DNA of 26,233 bases from the IMG/VR virus record IMGVR_UViG_2565956629_000010; one strand, written 5' to 3'. The translations under genes were made by a program, and so were the position numbers. The notes beneath the pieces were generated by a model, which did no database searches, had not been told where the DNA came from, and was given only the letters and a program-made list of their open reading frames with translations. The first letter of the stretch is position 1; each line of letters begins with the position of its first letter. This document shows, in pieces, positions 1-7,010 of this stretch. The DNA comes from a virus. Its lineage: Duplodnaviria > Heunggongvirae > Uroviricota > Caudoviricetes.

Positions 1-1053
1 TTACGGGGTAATGCCAACCGCTGCCGCCACTTTGTCGCCACTTGGCAGCGTTGCCAGAGGATTGAAACGGAGCGCCGTTTCCAGATGATCCGGTGCCAGA
101 TGTGCGTAACGCATAGTCATTTTTATATCGTGGTGTCCGAGAATTTTTTGTAAAGCCAGAATGTTTCCACCCGACATCATGAAGTGCGCCGCAAACGTAT
201 GGCGCAGAACGTGTGTGAGTTGACCGCGAGGGAGCACGATAGACGTTTTTTCCATCACGGATAAAAATTGAAAATAGCAGTCTGTGAAGAAATTGAACCC
301 ATCAAGCGCCATGATCTCTTCGTAAAGCTCTTTACTGATAGGGATGCTTCTGTTTTTCTTCCCCTTCGTTCTTACAAAGGTAATTCGGTATTTGGTCACC
401 TGTGAGCGGGTAAGATTTACGGCTTCTCGCCAGCGTGCGCCTGTGCTTAAGCATATCTTAACTACCAGTGCCAGAATTGGGTCCTGACGTTTGCAATCAG
501 CTAGTAATTCAACAATCTGCTCATGGGTAAGCCATGCCATCTCTTTTTCTGCGATGGTGAATTTTCGCATGTTCTCCAGTGGGTTCGGATACGACCATTC
601 GCCCAGGCGGGATAGTTCGCTAAAAACACTACTTAGATAGCTTTGCTCCAGGTTAATGGTGACCGGGCTTGCTCCTTTCTTCCATTTCTCACTGAAGTAG
701 ATCTCACCTGTCAGGCGTTTATCTCGATAGTGGGCAAACATTTTAGAGGTTAGATCAGTTGCAAGGGGATTGCCCAGAGCGTCAACCATCAGCAGCAATT
801 TGTCATAGACATGCTGCCCAGCAGTCAGAGATTTACCATGTAGTTTGAACCATAGCTCAACCACGTCTTTCAGTGTTCGACGATCCACTGATTCACCCAG
901 CCAGGGCTTTGCTTCGGTTTCTTCCATCGTGTGACGCTCAAAAGCCAGTGCTTCGCCTTTGGTGGCGAATTGTTTACGCACACGACGCCCACTACGTCCG
1001 GCGGGGTAACATTCGCAAAGCCATTTTCCTGTGGTGAGTTTTCGTACTGCCAT
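1..1053 (-). CDS. int: P2/186-family tyrosine integrase
   Basis: 350-aa ORF. N-terminus MAVRKLTTGKWLCECYPAGRSGRRVRK is, from memory, typical of P2-like integrases. C-terminal catalytic region has HxxR (HVLRHTFA) and a terminal Tyr (MTMRYAHL). Stop codon is at window position 1-3, so the gene is complete and attL lies outside the window. Confidence 0.9.
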   Translation of the reverse strand: MAVRKLTTGKWLCECYPAGRSGRRVRKQFATKGEALAFERHTMEETEAKPWLGESVDRRTLKDVVELWFKLHGKSLTAGQHVYDKLLLMVDALGNPLATDLTSKMFAHYRDKRLTGEIYFSEKWKKGASPVTINLEQSYLSSVFSELSRLGEWSYPNPLENMRKFTIAEKEMAWLTHEQIVELLADCKRQDPILALVVKICLSTGARWREAVNLTRSQVTKYRITFVRTKGKKNRSIPISKELYEEIMALDGFNFFTDCYFQFLSVMEKTSIVLPRGQLTHVLRHTFAAHFMMSGGNILALQKILGHHDIKMTMRYAHLAPDHLETALRFNPLATLPSGDKVAAAVGITP

Positions 1054-1058
1054 AATAA

Positions 1059-1078
1059 AGCCCTCATATCAGAGGGCT
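1059..1078 (-). promoter_or_regulatory. stem-loop overlapping the int ribosome-binding site
   Basis: Perfect 7-bp inverted repeat AGCCCTC (1059-1065) / GAGGGCT (1072-1078) with a 6-nt loop. On the minus strand the 3' arm contains GAGGG about 7 nt upstream of the int ATG, followed by TTTATTATG. Confidence 0.3.
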
Positions 1079-1139
1079 AAATTTAACTGTATGTTTGACC
1101 AGTGGTCAATGTATGGTTTAGTTTATTCAAACAATGCTT

Positions 1140-2657
1140 TTAATCAAATGATGTGGCCAGTTCAATTAATTCAATGTAATTATGTAAGGCATAAAAAGAT
1201 GTATTCAGACCATTCTCTATAAGGGCTCCTTGCAAATACTTTATAGCTGTATCACCATCAATAGGGCCTTGTTGAGATATAATCATTAGTGAATTTTGCC
1301 CATTGTTTTTTATACTTGATTTAAGCATGTTTATATTATTAATAAAATACAATGCAACATCTAAGTAATTTATTAATGTTAAATTTATTTTGGGCTCGAT
1401 CTGTGAGATGAATAATCTACTGCTCGCCGTTCTATAGATATAATTGACACCTATTCTTTGCTGATTTGTATCAAGATTTAATTCAAGGATGGCTTGAGAA
1501 ACACCTTTTAAATTGGAGCTTTGCTTTATCGAATCAGTGAAACGTTGTGCTGCATTTCTTCGACCAATTAGTCCATCTATAATTTGACGATCCTTATCAT
1601 ATATAATCATTAGCGAAATTATAAAAATATAATCTACTTTCTTTTTGACTAAATCAGATTTAAGAATGTCTATTAACCTTTCAGTATTTCGGATTGAGTC
1701 TCTTAGATTTAACCCAAATGCTTCAAATACGTTGGAAATATTTATTGAAAAGTCTTCTAATGTTGCTGTTAGTGGGTATGTTTTTGATGTGATATTTTCA
1801 AAATCGGTACCAATATAATCACCAACAACACCATTAATTAAATCTTTAAGTTCAGGTTGTTTTAAAGTAAATCTTCTATGAAAAAAACGGCCTAAATAGT
1901 CATTTGCGGAAAAATCATTACCGTAAACATTCTTGATTGAATGTTGTAATTGATCTGTGTCAGTAGCAATAATAAAGACAAAATTTTTAATATCGAATAT
2001 ATGTTTAACAATCTCTAAAAGAGAAATTGCATAATCTGGCCTGCATCTGTCTAATTCATCTATAAAGATAAATATAGGACATGAAAAACTATTTTCATAT
2101 GCCAACCTAGACCATAACGTTAGTTCTTTTTTTAATACCTTAATGCTCTTCAGTTTTTCCTGGTGTTCCTTCAGCATTATTAATGAGGCTTCTTTGGCTA
2201 TATCACCTACGTTATCTACTCCTGCATAAGTCTTGATTAGGCCAGATATGATTTCAGGTAGAACACCTTTTGTAAAGCGTCCGATAGCATGGCCGCTTTG
2301 TATCAATCGAGCATCAAGTTTTCCTGCATATGTTTGCAATTGTTGTGACAAAGAAGAAAAAAGGGTTAAAAATGCATCATCAGAAAAGTCTTGCTTCCAG
2401 GCATCAATGTAAACGCATGGGTGTGCATCTTTTATTGAGTTATAAAATCTCTTTATGAAAAAACTTTTACCAGCTCCCCATTCTGCATTAAGGTTGATTA
2501 CCGTGTTGTTCTTTTGCCCCTTTTCCTTAAGATAAAAATATAGATATTCTGCATAGTGTCTCCGATTAAGTTTGTCTTTGGAAAGAATTTCCTCTTCGTC
2601 GTCTAATATAAAGGTAGTTTCTTCATCCCAGTTCCAATTACAATCACCACATTTCAC
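1140..2657 (-). CDS. KAP-family P-loop NTPase (putative defence or abortive-infection effector)
   Basis: 505-aa ORF. Walker A NAEWGAGKSFF; Walker B-like hhhhDELDRC (IFIFIDELDRCRP), which I recall as characteristic of KAP NTPases. GTG start at 2657 with GGAG about 9 nt upstream. Visibly AT-rich compared with flanking phage genes. Only 25 bp downstream of the preceding gene on the same strand. Confidence 0.55.
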   Translation of the reverse strand: MKCGDCNWNWDEETTFILDDEEEILSKDKLNRRHYAEYLYFYLKEKGQKNNTVINLNAEWGAGKSFFIKRFYNSIKDAHPCVYIDAWKQDFSDDAFLTLFSSLSQQLQTYAGKLDARLIQSGHAIGRFTKGVLPEIISGLIKTYAGVDNVGDIAKEASLIMLKEHQEKLKSIKVLKKELTLWSRLAYENSFSCPIFIFIDELDRCRPDYAISLLEIVKHIFDIKNFVFIIATDTDQLQHSIKNVYGNDFSANDYLGRFFHRRFTLKQPELKDLINGVVGDYIGTDFENITSKTYPLTATLEDFSINISNVFEAFGLNLRDSIRNTERLIDILKSDLVKKKVDYIFIISLMIIYDKDRQIIDGLIGRRNAAQRFTDSIKQSSNLKGVSQAILELNLDTNQQRIGVNYIYRTASSRLFISQIEPKINLTLINYLDVALYFINNINMLKSSIKNNGQNSLMIISQQGPIDGDTAIKYLQGALIENGLNTSFYALHNYIELIELATSFD

Positions 2658-2682
2658 TATGAAGTCTCCATGAAAAATTTAC

Positions 2683-3606
2683 TTAATGTAAACAACTTAT
2701 AATAACTTTTGCAATAAACTCAATATCTGTAAGCGAACATTCAAAAGAGTGATTTTGGGATGAAATATAAACTCGTCCTTTAGGTAGTCGAGTTATCATT
2801 CTAAATGAATTCTCTCCATCAATATTTACTAGCCACTTACCATCATGTACATCTTTAAAACCCATTTCACATATTAATTCAGAGTCTTCGGTAGATACTA
2901 CGAATGCATTTTTTAAATTGGAAGGTAGAAAGCATGGGTCAAATAAATATGAGCCATCATTTATTAACTTGCCATTGATTAATACTTTTTTCACTAATGT
3001 TAAAGTATCTTTATTTTTTGCGTTTTTCATTTCTCCTGTACCAAATGAAATCCATTCAATAGAATGGCCCGTTTCTATTGCACACTGCAAAACCCAGTCT
3101 GCAGGAAAAATGTCACGCATGTATCGTGTGGCTAATGTGCTTTTTGAAATACCTAGGTGATCAGCTAATGCTTGGCGCGTTTTGTAACCGTAAGCCTCGA
3201 CAATTCGTTCTATTGTTGCCTTACCCCCTCGGTTAAAATTCATGAGTTTTTCATTATCGAACTTTATAGTGGGAATGTATACTTCATTGCAAAGGCCATT
3301 AACGGCATGTTTTTCAGAATATTGCTCTGATGAAGGAGCAGTATCTGAACCAAGAACTAACCATTCAATTGATGCTCCTGTTTCTATGGAACATATAACA
3401 ACCCAATCTGCAGGAAAGGTATTACGTGCATATCTGTTGGCCATAGTACTTTGGGAAATACCTAGATGATTACATAATGCCTGTCGTGACTTGAAGCCAT
3501 AGGCTAGGAGTATACGCTCAATAACTTTTTGCCCTCCACGATTCTGCATAACTATTGCTTTCAGATCGTTTTTGATATGGCTAAATTTTAATTTTTGAGT
3601 TGACAT
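2683..3606 (-). CDS. CI-repressor paralog with tandemly duplicated N-terminal HTH domain
   Basis: 307-aa ORF. Two consecutive copies of the CI N-terminal domain (RGGQKVIERILLAYGFKSRQALCNHLGISQSTMANRY...FPADWVVICSIETGASIEWL and RGGKATIERIVEAYGYKTRQALADHLGISKSTLATRYMRDIFPADWVLQCAIETGHSIEWI), then a C-terminal domain homologous to the CTD of the adjacent 191-aa repressor (KLINDGSYLFDPCFLPSNLKNAFV...HDGKWLVNIDGE...ITRLPKGR). Confidence 0.6.
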   Translation of the reverse strand: MSTQKLKFSHIKNDLKAIVMQNRGGQKVIERILLAYGFKSRQALCNHLGISQSTMANRYARNTFPADWVVICSIETGASIEWLVLGSDTAPSSEQYSEKHAVNGLCNEVYIPTIKFDNEKLMNFNRGGKATIERIVEAYGYKTRQALADHLGISKSTLATRYMRDIFPADWVLQCAIETGHSIEWISFGTGEMKNAKNKDTLTLVKKVLINGKLINDGSYLFDPCFLPSNLKNAFVVSTEDSELICEMGFKDVHDGKWLVNIDGENSFRMITRLPKGRVYISSQNHSFECSLTDIEFIAKVIISCLH

Positions 3607-3656
3607 ATTTTTTACACCACAACAAATGCTTTACCAAGCATAAAAACATTCCTATA

Positions 3657-4232
3657 TTACTCAAAGTACTTAACTGTTATGCTTATAATTTTTCCAATAA
3701 TTTCGATTTCTTCTTTTTTACATTCGAAAGCCCTATTTCCACCTTCAACTAAGATTCTTCCACCAGGTAAACGAGTGATATCGCGGATTGTTACTTCGGC
3801 ATCAATACTTATTACCCATTTGCCGTCACGAATATCGTTAAACTCTTTATCGCAAATAAAAACGGAATTGTTATCGGTGATTACAAACGGATTTTTGAGC
3901 GTAGATGGTAGAAATTCTTTATCGAAAATATAAAAACCATCTTCCTGCAAGGTTCCATCAGATAATACATATTTAACGACTTCCATAGTATTTGTATTAC
4001 CTGAAGTTTGCTTTGAACCATGTCCGGTCGTGAGCCAGTTAAGCGAGGCGCCCGTTTCAAGTGCGCACTGGATTACCCATTCAGCAGGGAATGAGTCACG
4101 CATATAGCGTGTGGCGAGAGTACTTTTAGAGATTCCTAAGTGATCGCACAACGCCTGTCGAGTCTTGAAGCCATATGCTTCTACCATGCGCTCTATAGCG
4201 CCTCGTCCGCCTTTCTCCAAATTCATGGTCAC
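3657..4232 (-). CDS. cI: 186-type CI immunity repressor
   Basis: 191-aa ORF divergent from the apl-like gene. N-terminal HTH region (AYGFKTRQALCDHLGISKSTLATRYMRDSFPAEWVIQCALETGASLNWLTTG) and C-terminal domain. Size and position match my recollection of phage 186 CI (about 192 aa). Confidence 0.7.
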   Translation of the reverse strand: MTMNLEKGGRGAIERMVEAYGFKTRQALCDHLGISKSTLATRYMRDSFPAEWVIQCALETGASLNWLTTGHGSKQTSGNTNTMEVVKYVLSDGTLQEDGFYIFDKEFLPSTLKNPFVITDNNSVFICDKEFNDIRDGKWVISIDAEVTIRDITRLPGGRILVEGGNRAFECKKEEIEIIGKIISITVKYFE

Positions 4233-4351
4233 TCCAAGTGAACTTTTGTCTTGACGATTTCATTATGCGATCGTATGTTTATGATGTTCACAAAATACAA
4301 ACGATCCGTATTCGTCCTGATTAATCAACATTAAACGAGGAATGTTGCATC
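4233..4351. promoter_or_regulatory. immunity switch region between cI and apl (candidate lytic and lysogenic promoters and operator half-sites)
   Basis: Rightward candidate: -35 TTGACG (4251-4256), 17-nt spacer, -10 TATGTT (4274-4279). Leftward candidate: -35 TGAACA (complement of 4284-4289), -10 CATAAT (complement of 4262-4267). Inverted half-sites GTGAAC (4238-4243) / GTTCAC (4286-4291) flank them. GAGGAA RBS precedes the apl ATG. Confidence 0.3.
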
Positions 4352-4573
4352 ATGAAACCTAACATTTCAATCACTCTTACCACGCCTCATGTGACTATTG
4401 AACGTTATAGCGAGCTGACAGGGCTATCCATCGATACTATCAATGACATGTTGGCTGATGGACGTCTTATCCGTCACCGTCTGCGGAAAGATAAAAAACG
4501 CGAAAAAGTGATGATCAACATAGCAGCCATGACCGTTGATGCGCTTTCAGAATGCAATCTAAACCTTAATTAG
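4352..4573 (+). CDS. apl: Apl/Cox-like excisionase and switch regulator
   Basis: 73-aa basic ORF immediately divergent from cI, the position of apl (186) or cox (P2). Contains an HTH-like segment ([22 protein letters not shown]). Confidence 0.5.
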   Translation: MKPNISITLTTPHVTIERYSELTGLSIDTINDMLADGRLIRHRLRKDKKREKVMINIAAMTVDALSECNLNLN

Positions 4574-4605
4574 TTCGATTCTGAAATACATCAGAGGCAT
4601 TGACC

Positions 4606-5115
4606 ATGTTTGATTACCAAGTTTCCAAACACCCGCATTTTGATGAAGCCTGTAGAGCTTTTGCACTTCGTCACAATATGGCGAAGCTGGCAGAACGTGC
4701 AGGAATGAATGTCCAGACTCTGCGAAACAAACTCAACCCAGATCAACCGCATCAGCTCAATGCGCCAGAAATCTGGCTGCTTACCGATCTGACTGAAGAT
4801 TCAACGCTGGTAGATGGCTTTCTGGCACAGATTCACTGCCTGCCATGTGTACCGATTAATGAGGTGGCAAAAGAGAAACTGCCGCATTACGTCATGAGTG
4901 CAACTGCAGAGATAGGGCGTGTCGCGGCAGGTGCGGTTTCTGGCGATGTAAAAACCAGTGCAGGCCGTCGTGATGCGATCAGCAGCATTAACTCTGTTAC
5001 ACGACTGATGGCGCTGGCTGCTGTTTCATTGCAGGCCCGTTTACAGGCTAATCCTGCGATGGCGAGTGCAGTTGATACCGTGACTGGCCTCGGTGCTTCA
5101 TTCGGTTTGCTGTGA
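4606..5115 (+). CDS. cII: CII-like lysogeny-establishment activator
   Basis: ATG at 4606 with GAGG RBS at 4594-4597; the ORF-track start at 4600 is a TTG. Gives 169 aa, the size I recall for 186 CII. N-terminus [43 protein letters not shown] contains an HTH and matches my memory of 186 CII. Confidence 0.6.
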   Translation: MFDYQVSKHPHFDEACRAFALRHNMAKLAERAGMNVQTLRNKLNPDQPHQLNAPEIWLLTDLTEDSTLVDGFLAQIHCLPCVPINEVAKEKLPHYVMSATAEIGRVAAGAVSGDVKTSAGRRDAISSINSVTRLMALAAVSLQARLQANPAMASAVDTVTGLGASFGLL

Positions 5116-5122
5116 GGTGCTT

Positions 5123-5323
5123 ATGCTGACGAAAGAACCATCATTTGCATCGCTGCTGGTAAAACAAAGTCCGGCAATGCACTACGGTCACGGCTGGATC
5201 ATGGGTGAGGATGGTAAACGCTGGCATCCGTGCCGTTCACAAGATGAATTGCTGGCAGAACTATCAACGAAAAAACGGGGGAACCAATGGCTATTGAAGG
5301 CGCTGCGGCGACTGTTCCATTAA
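5123..5323 (+). CDS. hypothetical early protein (fil position in 186)
   Basis: ATG at 5123 preceded by GAGGTG. 66 aa, basic, Cys/His-containing. Position after cII. Confidence 0.3.
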   Translation: MLTKEPSFASLLVKQSPAMHYGHGWIMGEDGKRWHPCRSQDELLAELSTKKRGNQWLLKALRRLFH

Positions 5324-5628
5324 GCCCCGGTGAACGCCTGAATGGACTTAATCATATTGCGGAATTAAGAGCGAAAGTTTTTGGCCTGAATATTGAGTCA
5401 GAGCTTGAGCGGTTTATTAAAGATATGCGTGATCCACGGGATATCAATAATGAACAAAATAAACGGGCACTGGCTGCCATATTCTTTATGGCAAAAATTC
5501 CAGCTGAACGTCATAGCATCAGCATTAATGAGCTGACCACTGACGAAAAGCGGGAGCTGATTAAAGCAATGAATCATTTTCGTGCAGTGGTGAGCTTATT
5601 TCCCAGACGGCTAACCATGCCGAATTAA
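5287..5628 (+). CDS. hypothetical early protein
   Basis: 113-aa ORF in the early rightward operon. No recognisable motifs. Confidence 0.4.
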   Translation: MAIEGAAATVPLSPGERLNGLNHIAELRAKVFGLNIESELERFIKDMRDPRDINNEQNKRALAAIFFMAKIPAERHSISINELTTDEKRELIKAMNHFRAVVSLFPRRLTMPN

Positions 5629-5695
5629 CCAACTAATGAAATTCATGGCGTAAACCCGCCAGGCATCCCTTTATCTAAATTCAGGAGAATTGATT

Positions 5696-5929
5696 ATGCG
5701 TAATATTGAAACCCTCACGACTAAAACCGGACTGGATGATGCAGGGCTTAATATTTTACTGACAGAGGCTCGTCTGGAAGAACGCCGGGCAAGGGCTGAA
5801 GCAATGGCAGCTCGCCTTGATAGCTTGGCGTGTCATATCACATCCCGCCAGCTAAACCACGTCGAAGCGGCAGAACTGCTGCGTGTGACTGCTGAAGCAA
5901 TCCAGAACGAAGCGCAGGAGATCCACTGA
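5696..5929 (+). CDS. hypothetical early protein
   Basis: ATG at 5696 with AGGAG at 5683-5687. 77 aa. Stop overlaps the start of the next gene (ATGA). Confidence 0.45.
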   Translation: MRNIETLTTKTGLDDAGLNILLTEARLEERRARAEAMAARLDSLACHITSRQLNHVEAAELLRVTAEAIQNEAQEIH

Positions 5930-6156
5930 TGGCTGATGCAATGGATCTCGTACAGCAGCGCGTTGAAGAAGAACGCCAGCGTCATATCCGTGCTGCCCGC
6001 GCCAAAACGCCGGGCGTATCCCGCGTGCTTTGCATTGAGTGTGAAGCACCAATTCCGCCAGCACGACGTCGCGCCATTCCGGGTGTGCAGCTTTGCATTA
6101 CCTGTCAGGAAATCGCAGAGCTGAAAGGCAAACATTACAACGGAGGTGCTGTATGA
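5929..6156 (+). CDS. TraR/DksA-family C4 zinc-finger protein
   Basis: 75 aa with CIECEAPIPPARRRAIPGVQLCITCQE, a C-x2-C-x17-C-x2-C pattern typical of TraR/DksA-type zinc fingers found in P2-like early regions. Confidence 0.65.
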   Translation: MADAMDLVQQRVEEERQRHIRAARAKTPGVSRVLCIECEAPIPPARRRAIPGVQLCITCQEIAELKGKHYNGGAV

Positions 6157-7010
6157 GCACCATCCTGAAATGGGCGGGTAATAAAACCGCCATTATGCCA
6201 GAACTGAAAAAATACCTTCCTGCTGGCCCGCGACTGGTTGAACCTTTCGCGGGTTCTTGTGCTGTGATGATAGAGACGGATTACCCCAGCTATCTTGTTG
6301 CGGATATTAATCCTGATTTAATCAACCTCTATAAAAAGGTTGCTGCTGATTGCGAGGCGTTTATATCTCGTGCCAGAGCTTTATTTGAGGAAGCAAACAG
6401 GGAGGTGGCTTATTACAACATAAGGCAGGAGTTTAATTACTCCACTGAAATTACTGATTTCATGAAAGCGGTATATTTCCTGTATCTCAATCGTCATGGT
6501 TACCGTGGGTTATGTCGCTATAACAAGAGCGGGCATTTCAACATTCCCTACGGGAATTATAAAAATCCGTATTTCCCTGAAAAAGAAATTCGCAAATTTG
6601 CAGAAAAAGCCCAGCGAGCAACGTTTATCTGCGCCAGCTTTGATGAAACGCTGGCGATGTTGAAGGCGGGGGATGTGGTGTATTGCGATCCGCCTTATGA
6701 CGGTACGTTTTCCGGCTATCACACTGATGGCTTCACTGAGGATGACCAGTATCACCTGGCATCCGTTCTTGAACATCGATCATCTGAAGGTCATCCGGTC
6801 ATTGTTTCTAACAGTGACACATCCCTGATTCGTTCGCTGTATCGCAATTTCACTCACCACTACATCAAGGCAAAACGCAGCATCGGCGTGTCGGCTGGCG
6901 AGAGTAAATCTGCAACAGAAATCATTGCTGTTTCCGGGGCGCGCTGCTGGGTGGGATTTGATCCTTCGCGTGGCGTGGATAGTTCTGCTGTGTACGAGGT
7001 GCGTGTATGA
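6153..7010 (+). CDS. dam: Dam-type DNA adenine (GATC) methyltransferase
   Basis: True start ATG 6153 with GGAGG at 6143-6147; the ORF track extends upstream spuriously. Resembles E. coli Dam along its length: [35 protein letters not shown] catalytic motif ([10 protein letters not shown]). Confidence 0.85.

Noticed and set aside
2918-3469. Plus-strand ORFs 2918-3160 and 3242-3469 inside the CI-paralog gene
   Set aside because: Both are antisense to the 307-aa gene and end with nearly the same peptide (…EIPR), which simply mirrors the tandem duplication on the coding strand. No RBS or independent support; treated as shadows of the duplicated domain.
6093-6152. Upstream extension of the Dam ORF ([21 protein letters not shown]…)
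   Set aside because: The extension overlaps the zinc-finger gene in another frame and has no RBS, whereas the ATG at 6153 has a GGAGG RBS and begins the Dam-homologous sequence.
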